UHGV virus genome: UHGV-0115898
Source of the DNA: a virus
Strand: one strand, 5' to 3'
DNA: 40,790 bases
Shown piece by piece: positions 28,535 to 40,381 of the stretch. Under the pieces are notes generated by a model. It was not told the origin of the DNA and did not search any database. It saw only the letters and a program-made list of their open reading frames with translations. A program made the position numbers and the translations under genes. How positions within the stretch are numbered: the first letter of the stretch is position 1; each line of letters opens with the position of its first letter.

Positions 28535-28989
28535 TGATTCAGTTCAAACCAACGCGAAACATCGACCTGATCGAAGCAGTCGGAAATCACCCTGACATTA
28601 TTGCCGGGAGCAACAACGGTGATGGATACGACTACAAACCTGATTGCCGTTACTTTGAGGTGAACGTGCACGGGCAGTTCGGCGGCATTGTTTACTATCA
28701 GGAGATTCAGCCGCTTACATTCGATTGCCACGCCATGTACCTGCCAGAGATTCGTGGATTCAGCAAGGAAATTGGGCTGGCGTTCTGGCGATACATTCTG
28801 ACTAACACCACCGTTCAGTGCGTAACATCGTTCGCTGCACGCAAATTCCGACACGGTCAGATGTACTGCGCAATGATTGGCCTTAAGCGTGTCGGAACCA
28901 TCAAGAAATACTTTAAAGGCGTGGATGACGTGACTTTTTACAGCGCCACACGCGAAGAACTAATCGACTTCCTGAATCACGGGAGATAG
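28534..28989 (+). CDS. Virion assembly protein in the P22 gene 14 position (about 151 aa)
   Basis: Gene order after the needle gene; ATG at 28534 overlaps the needle stop (TGATG); ORF-track start at 28531 is GTG. Confidence 0.6.
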   Translation: MIQFKPTRNIDLIEAVGNHPDIIAGSNNGDGYDYKPDCRYFEVNVHGQFGGIVYYQEIQPLTFDCHAMYLPEIRGFSKEIGLAFWRYILTNTTVQCVTSFAARKFRHGQMYCAMIGLKRVGTIKKYFKGVDDVTFYSATREELIDFLNHGR

Positions 28990-28991
28990 CC

Positions 28992-29684
28992 ATGTTATAT
29001 GCATTTAAGCTGGGCAGAAAACTGCGCGGCGAGGAACCTTGGTGCCATGAAAAAGGCGGGAAAGGTGGTAGCTCTGATAAAAGCGCAAAGTATGCAGCAG
29101 AAGCCCAGAAGTATGCAGCAGACCTGCAAAATCAGCAGTTCAACACCATCATGAACAACCTGAAGCCGTTTACTCCTCTGGCTGATAAGTATGTCGGCAG
29201 CCTCGAGAACTTATCGTCTCTGGAAGGGCAAGGTCAGGCACTTAACCAGTATTACAACTCTCAGCAGTACAAAGATCTTGCTGGTCAGGCTCGCTATCAG
29301 AGTCTGGCGGCAGCGGAAGCAACAGGTGGATTGGGTTCCACTGCAACCGGTAATCAGTTAGCAACAATCGCACCAACGCTTGGTCAGCAGTGGCTGTCTG
29401 GTCAGATGAACAACTACCAGAATCTGGCAAACGTTGGGCTTGGTGCTCTGCAAGGTCAGGCAAACGCAGGGCAGACATATGCCAACAACATGAGTCAGAT
29501 TTCGCAGCAAAGTGCGGCTCTTGCAGCGGCAAATGCCAACAGACCATCAGCAATGCAATCTGCTATTGGCGGAGGTGCGTCTGGTGCTATTGCTGGGGCT
29601 GGACTTGCGAAATTAATTGGTTCATCAACTCCGTGGGGGGCTGCGATCGGCGGCGGTCTTGGTCTGCTTGGCTCGTTGTTTTAA
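28992..29684 (+). CDS. Ejection (internal virion) protein, P22 gp7-like (230 aa)
   Basis: Gln/Ala/Gly-rich low-complexity protein with glycine-rich hydrophobic C-terminus; length and order match P22 gp7. Confidence 0.8.
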   Translation: MLYAFKLGRKLRGEEPWCHEKGGKGGSSDKSAKYAAEAQKYAADLQNQQFNTIMNNLKPFTPLADKYVGSLENLSSLEGQGQALNQYYNSQQYKDLAGQARYQSLAAAEATGGLGSTATGNQLATIAPTLGQQWLSGQMNNYQNLANVGLGALQGQANAGQTYANNMSQISQQSAALAAANANRPSAMQSAIGGGASGAIAGAGLAKLIGSSTPWGAAIGGGLGLLGSLF

Positions 29685-29694
29685 GGGGTAATCA

Positions 29695-31110
29695 ATGGCT
29701 ACGTGGCAACAGGGTATTAATTCTGGTGGTTTTCTGGCTGGCATCGGTACGCAAAATGAGAATGCGCCAAAGGCAAGCGACATTAACGCAACGCTTGGTC
29801 TGATCCGCGAAAACAATGAACTGGCTCGCTCAGGTGCAAATAACGTTGGTCTGACCGCGTTACGTGGTCTGGCTGGAGTTGCTGATATTTACAATCAGGA
29901 ACAGCAACAGAAAGCGATTAGTGCGTTCAATAAGGTTCACGCTGATGCATGGGCTTCTGGTGATCCATCGGGACTATTTAAGTTTGCCCAGGAAAATCCA
30001 GCGTTTGTTGCACAGGCACAACAGGCGTTTTCCGGTCTTAATGATCAGCAACGCAACGATATGGGCGATTTAGCCATGAGGGCTAACGTCGCTCTTTCTC
30101 AGGGACCGGAAGCCTACAGTAAATTCATTACTGACAACAAGGACAGGTTAAATCGCGTGGGGGCGAATGCTGACTGGATGATTCAGACAGGTATCCAGAA
30201 TCCAGAGCAGCTATCACACATGCTGACTACTATGTCTCTCGGTGCGCTTGGACCAGAAAAGGCGTTTGCTGTTCAGGACAAGATGGCTGGTCGTGAAATT
30301 GACCGAGGCAAACTTGCAGAGACAATCCGCAGCAATCAGGCTGGAGAAGCACTTCAGGCGAGAGGGCAAAACCTTTCCTATCAGTCAGCAATGACTGGAC
30401 ACAATATCGCAGCACAACGCTTGGCTCTGGATCAGCAAGAGTTCGGGTTTAAGATGCAGCAAGCACAGGAAAAGGCTCAGCAGTTGATTAGCGAAGCACC
30501 TAAGCTGTCAGTAAACATGGAAAAAGGCATCGAGACGGCTGTAAACAATGCTACAGCATCATCAAACTCAGCCAATTCTATGAGTGCGCTTGCTCAACAG
30601 TTCAGAGCAGAAAAACCAACGACAGGTTTGTTCGGTAACGCACAGAACATGTTCGCAAAACTTACCGGAAGCGATACAACATTGCGTGATTTGCGCATCC
30701 GCCAAAATGCCCTTGTTAACAGTCAGGTTCTTAAATTCCTACCTCCCGGCCCCGCAACGGATAAAGACGTTGAGATCGTTCGGCAGGGTGCACCAACTGA
30801 CATGGATAACCCTGAGACGGTCGCAAGATGGCTTGATGCGATGGCAAACCTTGAGCGACGAAACGCGCAGTTTAATGAGTTTAAAGCCGAGTGGATGAGC
30901 GCGAATGGCAATCCAGGACAATCGCGTAATGGCGGTCAGATATTGGGGTTGGATGTTAAAAAAGGTGAATCATTGGGGAGTGCCGTTAAGCGGTATATGT
31001 CAATGAATACTGACGCAGCGCCAGCACAAGATTCGACACCTTCAGGAGAACCACGGAATCAGGTTGGATCATATACCTCAAAATCAGGCATTCAATTTAC
31101 GGTGGAATGA
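29695..31110 (+). CDS. Ejection protein, P22 gp20-like (471 aa)
   Basis: Length and gene order match P22 gp20. Confidence 0.8.
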   Translation: MATWQQGINSGGFLAGIGTQNENAPKASDINATLGLIRENNELARSGANNVGLTALRGLAGVADIYNQEQQQKAISAFNKVHADAWASGDPSGLFKFAQENPAFVAQAQQAFSGLNDQQRNDMGDLAMRANVALSQGPEAYSKFITDNKDRLNRVGANADWMIQTGIQNPEQLSHMLTTMSLGALGPEKAFAVQDKMAGREIDRGKLAETIRSNQAGEALQARGQNLSYQSAMTGHNIAAQRLALDQQEFGFKMQQAQEKAQQLISEAPKLSVNMEKGIETAVNNATASSNSANSMSALAQQFRAEKPTTGLFGNAQNMFAKLTGSDTTLRDLRIRQNALVNSQVLKFLPPGPATDKDVEIVRQGAPTDMDNPETVARWLDAMANLERRNAQFNEFKAEWMSANGNPGQSRNGGQILGLDVKKGESLGSAVKRYMSMNTDAAPAQDSTPSGEPRNQVGSYTSKSGIQFTVE

Positions 31111-33113
31111 TGAAAGTAACTGCAAACGGTAAGACATTTACCTTTCCTGATGGTACGAGCACCGAAGATATTGGCACCGCCATTGATGAGTATTTTGCTG
31201 GTCAGTCAGCACCAACACAACAAGGTGTTCAGCAATCGCCAGCAGACAACTCACTTGCATCAGGATATGCACAGCTTGCCACTCAGCAGAAGGAAGGACT
31301 AGATCGCTCTGCTGAGCAAGGGGCTGTTTTAGGTGCTGCAATGCGCGATGCCGTTACCGGTGAAAGCCGAATGACACCAGAAATGGAGAGACTGCAAAAT
31401 GTTGGGTCTGCTCCAGAGCTTAATAGCTTAAGCACTGATGCGCTGCGTGCTGGATTGGGGCAGCTATTTGGTTCCGACGCTTCACAGGAGAAAATACTGC
31501 AAAGTATTGGCGGGAAAATCCGGAAGGATGAGAAGGGAAATTCCATAGTCACCCTTCCTTCAGGGGAATATGCACTTAACAAGCCTGGTTTGTCACCGCA
31601 GGATATAACGTCATTCTTGGCAAATGCTCTTGCATTCACTCCAGCAGGTAGAGCTGCGTCTGTTGTAGGTGCAACACTAAAATCAGGCGCTACTGATTTA
31701 GCTTTACAGGGTGCCACTAAGATCGCTGGCGGTGAGAATGTTAATCCAGTTCAAACTGCAATTTCTGCTGGTCTTGGTGGGGTACTGAAGGGTGTAGAAA
31801 ACACCGCAAGCGCAGTGTCTCGTTCTGCTATGGGTAAGATTGCTCCTGAAAAAAAAGCTCAGATTGACTTTGCCAAGCAGAACAACTTGCCACTGATGAC
31901 AACAGATCTTGTGGAACCGGGAACAAATATTGGTAAGCAAGCACGAGCTATGGCTGAGCGAATCCCAATAGCCGGAACAGGTGGGATAAGAAATGCACAG
32001 CAAAAGGCCAGGGAAGATTTAGTTAGAACATTTAGCGATAATGTTGGTGGAATATCTGACGCACAACTTTACCAATCAGCTACTCGTGGTCAGCAGCAAT
32101 TTATTCAGGCTGCTGGCAAGCGGTACGACAGGATCATCAGTTTGATGGGGGATACTCCTGTTGACATCACTGGAACAGTGAAAGCAATTGATGAGCAGAT
32201 TTCCAAGTTAACTCGCCCAGGAGTATCGCAAGATCGCTCAGCTGTTTCTGTCCTTCAACAGTTTAGAAATGACATCACCAGCGGTCCAAATAACCTGCAA
32301 TTAGCTAGAGAAAACCGTACAAACTTACGTAAGCGCTTTATGGCAGCACCTGACGAGGTCGATAGAGATACGCTGGAGAAAGCTGCGCAGTCTGTTTATA
32401 ACGCATACACAACAGACATGAAAAAAGCGGTTGGCGCAAAACTAGGTGCGAAGGAAGCGCAAAACATGTCGCGTGTTGATCGTTCTTGGGCAAAGTTCAA
32501 CGACATGATGAGCAATACACGTGTCCAAAAAGCTATTCAGAGTGGTAAAACAACGCCAGAAGATGTCACTAAACTAGTATTCAGCCAAAGCCCAGCGGAA
32601 AGGGCGCAACTTTATCGATTGCTTGATGATAGTGGGCGTCAAAATGCTAGAGCAGCACTTGTTCAGCGTGCAATGGATAAGGCGACAAGCGATTCAGGAA
32701 AGCTTAGCGTTGAGAAGTTTATTAATGAAATGAAAAGGAATCGGAAGCAGGCTGAGACGTTCTTCAGAGGAGAGCATGGGAAACAGCTTGATGGGATAAT
32801 GAAATATCTTGATTCCACTAGACAGGCAGCTACTGCTGCCGCAAGCCCACTAACAGGGCAAATGGTAGCTGGTCCAGCAGCGCTGATAACAGCTCTTGCG
32901 TCTGTTACAAATCCAATGTTTGCAAAAGTTGCGGCAGTTGGAGCTGGTATCGGTATGGCTGGCAGGGGCTATGAGTCACGCGCGATGAGGAACGCATTAC
33001 TAAAGTTAGCAAACACGCCAAAAGGAAGTACTGCTTATGATAGAGCGATCAGACGGGTATCTGAAACTCTTACACCTCTAATTCAGGCTTCAAGTGAGAA
33101 AGCCCAGCAGTAA
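31107..33113 (+). CDS. Ejection protein, P22 gp16-like (668 aa)
   Basis: Gene order; large Ala/Gln-rich protein; overlapping start with the previous gene. Confidence 0.8.
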   Translation: MMKVTANGKTFTFPDGTSTEDIGTAIDEYFAGQSAPTQQGVQQSPADNSLASGYAQLATQQKEGLDRSAEQGAVLGAAMRDAVTGESRMTPEMERLQNVGSAPELNSLSTDALRAGLGQLFGSDASQEKILQSIGGKIRKDEKGNSIVTLPSGEYALNKPGLSPQDITSFLANALAFTPAGRAASVVGATLKSGATDLALQGATKIAGGENVNPVQTAISAGLGGVLKGVENTASAVSRSAMGKIAPEKKAQIDFAKQNNLPLMTTDLVEPGTNIGKQARAMAERIPIAGTGGIRNAQQKAREDLVRTFSDNVGGISDAQLYQSATRGQQQFIQAAGKRYDRIISLMGDTPVDITGTVKAIDEQISKLTRPGVSQDRSAVSVLQQFRNDITSGPNNLQLARENRTNLRKRFMAAPDEVDRDTLEKAAQSVYNAYTTDMKKAVGAKLGAKEAQNMSRVDRSWAKFNDMMSNTRVQKAIQSGKTTPEDVTKLVFSQSPAERAQLYRLLDDSGRQNARAALVQRAMDKATSDSGKLSVEKFINEMKRNRKQAETFFRGEHGKQLDGIMKYLDSTRQAATAAASPLTGQMVAGPAALITALASVTNPMFAKVAAVGAGIGMAGRGYESRAMRNALLKLANTPKGSTAYDRAIRRVSETLTPLIQASSEKAQQ

Positions 33114-33121
33114 AAAGTTGG

Positions 33122-33514
33122 TTAGCGGTTGATGGTTGCTTTTTTCGGGTCATACCATCTCGGCCATTCTTTCAGGAATGGGAATGAGTCGGGAGCGTGG
33201 TTCTTTTTGTACGATTTAAGCAGCCTTAACCGCTCTATCGCACACTCATAAACCTCTTGTTGCCCTGTAGTCATCTCGGTCCATGAAAGGTGATCCATTG
33301 ATAAGACAACGTTTTCAGCTTCTTTTATGAGGGCGTTTTTATTTCTCACCGCAGCAGCATGGCTGACAGAGCAATCCTGCCATATTCTTAAAAGCCAAAT
33401 AGCTAAGCAGATAAAAAAAATGGTAGATAGCGATATATACACACCAACCTCTTTAGTTTTTCTAGTTACTTTGTCACGATAGGATATGCGAAATGATAAA
33501 ACTAAATTGCGCAC
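33122..33514 (-). CDS. Hypothetical membrane protein (130 aa, GTG start, one N-terminal TM helix) in AT-rich insertion; positional analogue of P22 sieA
   Basis: TM segment VGVYISLSTIFFICLAIWLLRIW after a basic N-terminus; AT-rich codon usage by eye; start is GTG with weak Shine-Dalgarno. Confidence 0.45.
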   Translation of the reverse strand: MRNLVLSFRISYRDKVTRKTKEVGVYISLSTIFFICLAIWLLRIWQDCSVSHAAAVRNKNALIKEAENVVLSMDHLSWTEMTTGQQEVYECAIERLRLLKSYKKNHAPDSFPFLKEWPRWYDPKKATINR

Positions 33515-33702
33515 ATGATAACTCAGTAATAATTGTTAATGAAAACATGATCACCTATATTGCACAAGGCGAAACAGGAAGCATAATCTGGTTTCATGAG
33601 TGTGATCACGTTTGGGTAAATCAAAGTCAAGAGGAAATACTTGAAATTATCAAAAATAACTATCTAAACGTTGCACACGACTCATCTATCCATTTTTCAT
33701 AA
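33493..33702 (+). CDS. Possible small ORF (69 aa) overlapping both flanking minus-strand genes
   Basis: ATG with AGGA 8 nt upstream; overlaps the 130-aa gene start by 22 nt and the 193-aa gene end by 43 nt, so at most one of the overlapping models is likely to be fully correct. Confidence 0.25.
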   Translation: MIKLNCAHDNSVIIVNENMITYIAQGETGSIIWFHECDHVWVNQSQEEILEIIKNNYLNVAHDSSIHFS

Positions 33703-34241
33703 AATTGTATACCGAGATAGGCAAGAACAGATGGATGTATATCAACAAGCTTTTCGCCAAGATGTTCTGTTGGAGGTGGATAATCTTTGCCTTGGTTTCT
33801 TACGGTTATAGGCATAGTTGTTGCTGGATGAAACTCAACTATCATAGGGTCGCCTTCGTATTTTGCTATTTTCCCTGTTGAATCAATGATTAACTCTTTA
33901 ATATAATGGCTTCTTGCTCCCGGAAATGCCCCAAGAGTAGTATAAGGAGGTTCAAGTTTTGAGATTTCCATAGTGGAATGATGATCAGCATTTCTTGCTT
34001 GGTGAAGGTAAGCAAGTGTTTTGTCTGTTTTTCTAAGCATGAACTTTTGGTTGAAGTGGCTGCTAAATTTTCCACTAACCGGCTTTGTTGCACAGAGCAA
34101 CTTACTGAAAGACTTTTCTATATGCCCAAGACATTCTCGCCAGTGCATTTCAAAATCATCATGGTTTGTAGATGATTTCATCTGCTCTAGGCACTTTTTA
34201 GCTGCGATGATTTCTTTTTTTGCTGGGTTGTAATCGATCAT
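33660..34241 (-). CDS. Hypothetical protein (193 aa) translationally coupled to mnt
   Basis: ATG at 34239-34241 overlaps the mnt stop (ATGA) with AAGGA 6 nt upstream; AT-rich; no recognisable domain. Confidence 0.6.
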   Translation of the reverse strand: MIDYNPAKKEIIAAKKCLEQMKSSTNHDDFEMHWRECLGHIEKSFSKLLCATKPVSGKFSSHFNQKFMLRKTDKTLAYLHQARNADHHSTMEISKLEPPYTTLGAFPGARSHYIKELIIDSTGKIAKYEGDPMIVEFHPATTMPITVRNQGKDYPPPTEHLGEKLVDIHPSVLAYLGIQFYEKWIDESCATFR

Positions 34242-34492
34242 TTTGCATCCTTGCCATACATGTTTTTAAGTGTCTCAAATACCACAGACTTGAACTGTTC
34301 AGCCTGCATCTCGGCTAATCGTTCAGCTTCATTGCGATAACCTTTTACAGGAGATGGTCTCGATAGAGCATCTTGGACGATTTGCAACAATTCTGAGTTC
34401 ATTGATCTACCATTTGACTCTGCTCTGTATTTTAATTTTTCTCTTACTTCCAAAGGCATGCGGAAGTTAAAGTGCGGATCATCTCTAGCCAT
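34238..34492 (-). CDS. mnt: Mnt repressor (ribbon-helix-helix), 84 aa
   Basis: MARDDPHFNFRMPLEVREKLKYRAESNGRSMNSELLQIVQDAL... matches P22 Mnt. Confidence 0.93.
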   Translation of the reverse strand: MARDDPHFNFRMPLEVREKLKYRAESNGRSMNSELLQIVQDALSRPSPVKGYRNEAERLAEMQAEQFKSVVFETLKNMYGKDAK

Positions 34493-34514
34493 GCCATCAC
34501 TCCAAGTTAGTGTA

Positions 34515-34566
34515 TTGACATGATAGAAGCACTCTACTATATTCTCAATAGGTCCACCGTGGACCT
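34515..34566. promoter_or_regulatory. immI control region: Pant (TTGACA - 17 nt - TATATT), Arc operator (atgatagaagcactctactat) and Mnt operator palindrome (AGGTCCACCGTGGACCT)
   Basis: Perfect 17-bp palindrome at 34550-34566; Arc operator-like sequence at 34520-34540; consensus -35 at 34515-34520. Confidence 0.8.
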
Positions 34567-34582
34567 ATATTGTGAGGTGAAC

Positions 34583-34744
34583 ATGAAAGGAATGAGCAAA
34601 ATGCCGCAGTTCAATTTGCGGTGGCCTAAAGAAGTATTGGATTTGGTACGCAAGGTGGCGGAAGAGAATGGTCGGTCTGTTAACTCTGAGATTTATCAGA
34701 GAGTAATGGACAGCTTTAAGAAGGAAGGGCGTATTGGCGCGTAA
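34583..34744 (+). CDS. arc: Arc repressor (53 aa)
   Basis: [53 protein letters not shown] matches P22 Arc with two or three conservative differences. Confidence 0.95.
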   Translation: MKGMSKMPQFNLRWPKEVLDLVRKVAEENGRSVNSEIYQRVMDSFKKEGRIGA

Positions 34745-34812
34745 AGTTGAAGCCCCAACTGCGGGAACAGTCAGGGCTTCTGTTGTCAGTAAATTCGTGG
34801 AGAAAAACCAAC

Positions 34813-35715
34813 ATGAATAGTATAGCAATTTTAGAAGCAGTGAACACCTCTTACGTACCTTTCAATGGTCAGCAGATTATCACCGCCATGACTGCCGGAG
34901 TTGCATATGTTGCGATGAAGCCAATCGTTGAAAACCTTGGAATGAGCTGGTCAACGCAGCAAACAAAACTCATGAAGCAGATTAGCAAATTCAACTGTGT
35001 TCATATGAACATGGTTGCCGCTGATGGTAAGCTTCGTAGGCTACTCTGCCTTCCTTTGAAGAAGTTAAATGGATGGCTGTTCAGCATCAACCCTGAGAAA
35101 GTTCGTGCTGACATCCGCGATAAACTGATTCAGTACCAGGAAGAATGCTTTACTGTGCTGCATGACTACTGGACGAAGGGAAAGGCAGAAAATGCACGTA
35201 AGAAAACATCTGTTGATGACAGGACTCCGCTTCGTGATGCTGTAAATATGCTAGTCAGCAAAAAGCATCTAATGTACCCAGAAGCTTATGCAATGATTCA
35301 TCAGCGTTTCAACGTGGAAAGTATTGAAGAGCTTGATTCATCTCAGATACCGCAAGCAGTAGAGTACATCCACAGGGTAGTGCTTGAAGGCGAGTTCATC
35401 GGCAAACAAGAGAAGAAAACCAACGAGCTTTCTGCAAAAGAAGCAAACAGCCTTGTATGGTTATGGGATTATGCCAACCGCTCACAGGCATTATTCCGCG
35501 AACTGTATCCGGCGCTAAAACAAATTCAATCGAACTATTCCGGCAGATGCTACGACTACGGTCATGAGTTCTCGTATGTTATCGGAATGGCGAGAGACGT
35601 TTTAATAAACCACACGCGAGATGTTGATATTAATGAGCCAGACGGACCAACGAATCTTTCCGCATGGATGAGACTTAAGAATAAAGAATTACCTCCTTCA
35701 GTACATAACTACTGA
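34813..35715 (+). CDS. ant: Antirepressor Ant (300 aa): P22 Ant-like N-terminal domain, different C-terminal domain
   Basis: [40 protein letters not shown]... and [28 protein letters not shown] matches P22 Ant; the C-terminal half does not. Confidence 0.85.
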   Translation: MNSIAILEAVNTSYVPFNGQQIITAMTAGVAYVAMKPIVENLGMSWSTQQTKLMKQISKFNCVHMNMVAADGKLRRLLCLPLKKLNGWLFSINPEKVRADIRDKLIQYQEECFTVLHDYWTKGKAENARKKTSVDDRTPLRDAVNMLVSKKHLMYPEAYAMIHQRFNVESIEELDSSQIPQAVEYIHRVVLEGEFIGKQEKKTNELSAKEANSLVWLWDYANRSQALFRELYPALKQIQSNYSGRCYDYGHEFSYVIGMARDVLINHTRDVDINEPDGPTNLSAWMRLKNKELPPSVHNY

Positions 35716-35733
35716 CAGATAACCAACGCAACG

Positions 35734-35758
35734 ACCCAGCTTCGGCTGGGTTTTTTTA
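35734..35758 (+). terminator. Intrinsic terminator after ant
   Basis: CCCAGC-ttcg-GCTGGG hairpin followed by TTTTTTTAT. Confidence 0.8.
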
Positions 35759-35815
35759 TGCCCAAAATTCACCGTAGCCATGCTGCGGCGATTCCTTGTA
35801 TCTGGAGCAAATTAA

Positions 35816-37972
35816 ATGACAGACATTACAGCCAATGTGATCGTATCGATGCCTTCGCAACTCTTCACTATGGCTCGTTCTTTTAAAGCCGTAGCCAATG
35901 GCAAAATTTATATCGGTAAAATTGACACTGACCCGGTAAACCCTGAAAACCAGATTCAGGTTTATGTGGAGAACGAAGACGGCTCTCACGTTCCTGTTTC
36001 GCAACCAATCATCATTAACGCTGCTGGTTACCCGGTATATAACGGACAGATTGCCAAGTTCGTAACTGTGCAAGGCCATTCTATGGCTGTTTATGATGCA
36101 TACGGTGTGCAGCAGTTCTATTTTCCTAATGTGCTGAAGTATGACCCGGATCAGTTTTCTGCAGAATGGCTTGCCAAGATGTCTGCGCCTGATTCTTATG
36201 CATTATTTGGTACATTCTCATCAATAGCAGATCTACGAGCATTTACTGCATACTCATCAGTTAAGGAAAATGGAAGAGTCTATGTTGATTCTTATCACCT
36301 TGGAGCTGGTTATGGCGGAGGATATTTCCGCTGGAATTCAACTAGCACTGATACTGATGACGGTGGCTATACCATTAACCCAACTGGCAATACTGGAACA
36401 GGACGCTGGAAGCGAGAGATATCCTCTGCGTATGTCGCAAGGACGGTGAGTCCGTTGGAGTTTGGGGCAAAAATTAACGATAGTACTTTCGACTGCGCGC
36501 CAGCTATCAATGCGGCTATTTTATATTTGAATCCTTATCTTGATTCCTCATATGATTCTCATCAGGGTGGAGATATTGTGTTGCCAGCAGGGCAGTTTTA
36601 TATTAATGACACTATATACGGCTCTCCCAATGTCAGGGTGCTGGGAACTGGCGGCACTCCAGGGTTCAGATATTCTAGGTCTGGGTGTTCTGTTATTGTC
36701 GCAATGCCCACAATGGATCTCATGAAAATTATGTATGATACCGCCCCGTGGTTGACAGACGGCACATCCAGATACACTAATACAAACGAGATGGTTTACG
36801 GCAGAACGGAAAGTCAGGGATACTATGGGACCTACATTGAGAACATAGTTTTTGTTGGAAATGCAGATCAACAGTGCGGAGTACGTATCTGGCGAGTTCC
36901 ATGCTCCACTCTCAAAGGTGTTGCAGTCTACTCCTGTAAAGTAAGTTTCTGGGTAAATGGTTCGTGGGATGTGATGCTTGATAATTGCTTCTCATATGGC
37001 GCGAAGTACGCCACAATTTTGCCTTATCAAATTACATCGCTTCGCATAGTAGGCGGCTATTATACAGGAAATACTGCACAACTTTATTCTATGGGGACTG
37101 AACAGTGGTTTCATCGAGCGATAGATGAAACTAACAAGCCAAACATTGCTTATGTAACTACTTTCATGTATGCATATAACAGTTTTGATATAAATCTGTA
37201 TGGCGTAACAATAGAAGGGTACAACAGAGAGTTTGCTCTTTTTTATTGCGGCAATGTTAATATGTTTGGTGGGTATACAGAATGGATTGGAGTACCTGCA
37301 AGCGAGACAGGGCATCGTGTTTTTGTGCATGGTGTTGCCTCAGAGTTTTATTCAACAGGGACATACTTTAATCACGACATTAAAGATCTGGCGGTGCAGT
37401 CAGGGAATGTTTTTGACACTACTTCAGGAGAATACCTCCCATCTGAAAGATCACGAGTGATAATTGAAAATCCAAGAGTGGTAACAAAATTCCAGAATCT
37501 TACTAAAGATTTAGGATATGGCTCCTACAATATTGTCATAAAAAACCAACACCCTATCACAGATAGCTTATCGACTACACTTTCAGCGCAGAGGCTTTTT
37601 ACAGTTCAATTTGTTGGATTGCTAGACCAGTATACAATGCGAACTCCTGCTGTAACTGCAAATGGTACAGTGAGCTTTAGTATCCAGATTGGAAATATTG
37701 CAGATGGAGGTGAGTATAGCGTTAGGCTTTTGATGAGAAACACCGCATCCACTGTACAGCAGGATTTAAGATTTACAGTGTTGGTAGGAACAACAACAAC
37801 TGTTACTGGCTACCAGGGACGCTCGAAGGCTGGGACCACATTAATACCAGCACCCACAGCAACATTCACTGGTAGCACATTAACTCTTACTTTCACAGGT
37901 AATTCAGGTTATTATTCATTCTTCAGAATGAAGTGCGTGCCTGTAGAAGATCAACATATTTATACCTATTGA
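35816..37972 (+). CDS. Tailspike protein: conserved P22-family N-terminal head-binding domain, distinct beta-helix receptor-binding domain (718 aa)
   Basis: First ~115 aa ([11 protein letters not shown]...[34 protein letters not shown]...[13 protein letters not shown]...NVLKYDPDQ) match the P22/Sf6/HK620 tailspike N-termini; rest is Gly/Tyr/Thr-rich. Confidence 0.9.
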   Translation: MTDITANVIVSMPSQLFTMARSFKAVANGKIYIGKIDTDPVNPENQIQVYVENEDGSHVPVSQPIIINAAGYPVYNGQIAKFVTVQGHSMAVYDAYGVQQFYFPNVLKYDPDQFSAEWLAKMSAPDSYALFGTFSSIADLRAFTAYSSVKENGRVYVDSYHLGAGYGGGYFRWNSTSTDTDDGGYTINPTGNTGTGRWKREISSAYVARTVSPLEFGAKINDSTFDCAPAINAAILYLNPYLDSSYDSHQGGDIVLPAGQFYINDTIYGSPNVRVLGTGGTPGFRYSRSGCSVIVAMPTMDLMKIMYDTAPWLTDGTSRYTNTNEMVYGRTESQGYYGTYIENIVFVGNADQQCGVRIWRVPCSTLKGVAVYSCKVSFWVNGSWDVMLDNCFSYGAKYATILPYQITSLRIVGGYYTGNTAQLYSMGTEQWFHRAIDETNKPNIAYVTTFMYAYNSFDINLYGVTIEGYNREFALFYCGNVNMFGGYTEWIGVPASETGHRVFVHGVASEFYSTGTYFNHDIKDLAVQSGNVFDTTSGEYLPSERSRVIIENPRVVTKFQNLTKDLGYGSYNIVIKNQHPITDSLSTTLSAQRLFTVQFVGLLDQYTMRTPAVTANGTVSFSIQIGNIADGGEYSVRLLMRNTASTVQQDLRFTVLVGTTTTVTGYQGRSKAGTTLIPAPTATFTGSTLTLTFTGNSGYYSFFRMKCVPVEDQHIYTY

Positions 37973-37993
37973 TGGATTTTAGGCCGGGCAACC

Positions 37994-38027
37994 CCTGCCA
38001 ATAGACTTTATTGGCAGGATTTTTTAT
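37994..38027 (+). terminator. Intrinsic terminator after tailspike, overlapping the 3' end of convergent gtrC
   Basis: CCTGCCAATA-gactt-TATTGGCAGG hairpin followed by ATTTTTTAT. Confidence 0.75.
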
Positions 38028-39462
38028 CAAAATCAACAATCAAAATGCTATCCTTGATATAGGAATTTAGCCATTGCCCCTGAAAGGATAGGTTACCTTC
38101 ACATTTATGTGAAATGTAATTTTTAGCCTTGTTTGCTGGCATGTATGTATTCTTTATCCCATTAAATGACATGTACGCACTTCCCCAATACCAGTTCCAG
38201 AAGTAATCTGTGACTGAATAGTTTATCAAAGGAAAGTTTAATGCTGCATTTTTTACAGCTTCGGATCTTGGTGCTGTGCCGGTAAACACAATGCTAACAT
38301 TATCACTACCAGCGTCGCGAATGGATTGCATAATTTCAGAAAGAACTACTTTATTTATCCTTTCCTGAGCCTTCAAAGCATTTCCGTATACATACATTAA
38401 AATCATAGAATACAATACGGGTATTAATGTAATTGATGTTACGTATCTATGTTCTTTAAAGCAATAATATAGCAATGTACTCATGAGGACATAAAAAACT
38501 CCAACCGACATGTATAAGTGAACTCCTCCCAATGGGTTGGCGAGAACCAGCAATGCCCCCATAGTCATTGGCATAGCGATTGCTGTTGCGAGTATCGCTC
38601 CAGTTATAACGTTAAATACTTTCCAGTTTAGGCCTTTACATTTAACGTATTTGTAACTCAGAAACGCCGTCATAATAATGCAAGCTAAAGCTGACAGGAG
38701 TAATAATTCACCACCGACAACCCTGTAAAAATTTGTAGAAGCAAAATCGTAATACTTTAAGCTGTTATTCTTTAGTGCCCCTAATATATCATTTGATATT
38801 CTTGGGTGATTAGATGAATAATGCCCGCTAAAAGTTATGGGTAATATGAATTTCACGTATATCATACCACCTACTAAAACCTGCATTATACGTAATGCAA
38901 CCCTTTTAAGTATTAACTGCGGGTCAGTAAATCTGGCCATGTTAACTATTACTTCACATATTAATAAAATCGCAACGACATTAATGACTGCCTGATAAGT
39001 GCCAAGCACTATCACTACAAATGCGGTGCCTATTATTAATTCATGAACCAGTCTTTTGCACTTAATTGCAAAGAGAGCAAATGCAGATGCAATGGAGAAA
39101 CTGAAAGTTAAAACATCAAACCGATAAGAGAACATTGATATAATAGCTGGATTCGCCATGAATGCCAGAGGTATAATAAAGCTCCATTTTCCCCCATCAA
39201 GAAACCTCTTTCTGTAACATGCAAAAGATATTGCAAGCAGCACAGAAGCAAGAATGATTGGTAGAGGTGCAAGATCGACGATTCTGGAGCTAAGATTGAG
39301 AACTGACATTACTATATCAGCTACAGGCCTCCCGTCCACACCCCATTTAGTATAACCAACAGTCGTTCGCCCAATATCATCAACATAAAATTGGTTTGCT
39401 AGGATAATTGGCAATATAAATATAAAAATAACATACGAGTAACGTTTTGAGTTGTTAATCAT
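38008..39462 (-). CDS. gtrC: GtrC-type serotype-specific O-antigen glucosyltransferase, polytopic membrane protein (484 aa)
   Basis: Multiple hydrophobic TM segments, AT-rich, located 3' of gtrA/gtrB with overlapping start. Confidence 0.8.
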   Translation of the reverse strand: MINNSKRYSYVIFIFILPIILANQFYVDDIGRTTVGYTKWGVDGRPVADIVMSVLNLSSRIVDLAPLPIILASVLLAISFACYRKRFLDGGKWSFIIPLAFMANPAIISMFSYRFDVLTFSFSIASAFALFAIKCKRLVHELIIGTAFVVIVLGTYQAVINVVAILLICEVIVNMARFTDPQLILKRVALRIMQVLVGGMIYVKFILPITFSGHYSSNHPRISNDILGALKNNSLKYYDFASTNFYRVVGGELLLLSALACIIMTAFLSYKYVKCKGLNWKVFNVITGAILATAIAMPMTMGALLVLANPLGGVHLYMSVGVFYVLMSTLLYYCFKEHRYVTSITLIPVLYSMILMYVYGNALKAQERINKVVLSEIMQSIRDAGSDNVSIVFTGTAPRSEAVKNAALNFPLINYSVTDYFWNWYWGSAYMSFNGIKNTYMPANKAKNYISHKCEGNLSFQGQWLNSYIKDSILIVDFDKKSCQ

Positions 39463-40381
39463 TTTTATTCTTACCCTTTAAAATATATCTTGGACGCTGT
39501 TTAACCTCGATATAAATCCTTCCGATGTATTCACCAAGTACCCCTATACCGATCAACTGAATCCCGCCCAAGAAAAGTATCGATACCAGCAAAGATGGAT
39601 AACCACGAACAGCATTCCCAAATACAAGCGTGTCGATAATCATCCACGTTCCGTACAGGAATGCCACTCCGGCAACAAACAGGCCGATATAGGTCCACAT
39701 ACGCAGGGGTAATGTTGAGAAACTTGTGATTCCTTCAAGTGCTAAATTCCACAACTTCCACCCATTGAATTTTGAATCACCTGCAACCCGTTCTGCGCGT
39801 GCGTATTCCACGACATCTGTCTTTCCGCCAACCCAACTAAGAATGCCTTTCATGAAAAGATTGCGTTCTGGCAGGAGCTTAATATTCTCCACTACCTCGC
39901 GAGACATTAGCCTGAAATCTCCAACATTTTCCTCGATCTGCGGGTTGCTGATTTTGTTATGCAGCTTATAGAACCACTCGGCGGTTTTCCTCTTCAGTCT
40001 GCCATCAGTTGAGCGGTCAGATCGTTTAGCAAGCACCATGTCAGCACCTGCTAGCCATTTCTCAATCAGGTGAGGAATAACTTCTATTGGATCCTGTAAG
40101 TCAACGTCAATCGGGATAATCGCCTCACCAGTTGCGTGATCAAGACCAGCGAACAGCGCAGGTTCTTTACCAAAGTTTCTGGTGAATGACAAAGGAACAA
40201 CAAGCGGATCGGAAACAGCCAGCGCGTTTATAATTGATTCAGTAGCGTCTATGCTACCGTCATTAATAAAGACTATCTCGATTTCATGTTGCTGAAGCCC
40301 TTCAAATTCCCGAGCCGTTTTATAAAAAATCGGTATTGTGTCTTCTTCGTTGAAGACGGGAACGACCAGAGAAATTTTCAT
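39455..40381 (-). CDS. gtrB: GtrB bactoprenol glucosyltransferase (GT2 family), 308 aa
   Basis: GT2 motifs ([22 protein letters not shown]) with two C-terminal TM helices. Confidence 0.92.
   Translation of the reverse strand: MKISLVVPVFNEEDTIPIFYKTAREFEGLQQHEIEIVFINDGSIDATESIINALAVSDPLVVPLSFTRNFGKEPALFAGLDHATGEAIIPIDVDLQDPIEVIPHLIEKWLAGADMVLAKRSDRSTDGRLKRKTAEWFYKLHNKISNPQIEENVGDFRLMSREVVENIKLLPERNLFMKGILSWVGGKTDVVEYARAERVAGDSKFNGWKLWNLALEGITSFSTLPLRMWTYIGLFVAGVAFLYGTWMIIDTLVFGNAVRGYPSLLVSILFLGGIQLIGIGVLGEYIGRIYIEVKQRPRYILKGKNKND

Noticed and set aside
28129-28854. 241-aa minus-strand ORF across the needle and gp14 genes
   Set aside because: Antisense to conserved virion genes in a tightly overlapping plus-strand operon.
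34745-34812. sar antisense RNA call as a feature
   Set aside because: A hairpin exists in the arc-ant spacer but there is no clear T-tract on the antisense strand; evidence is too weak to annotate, so it is mentioned only in a finding.
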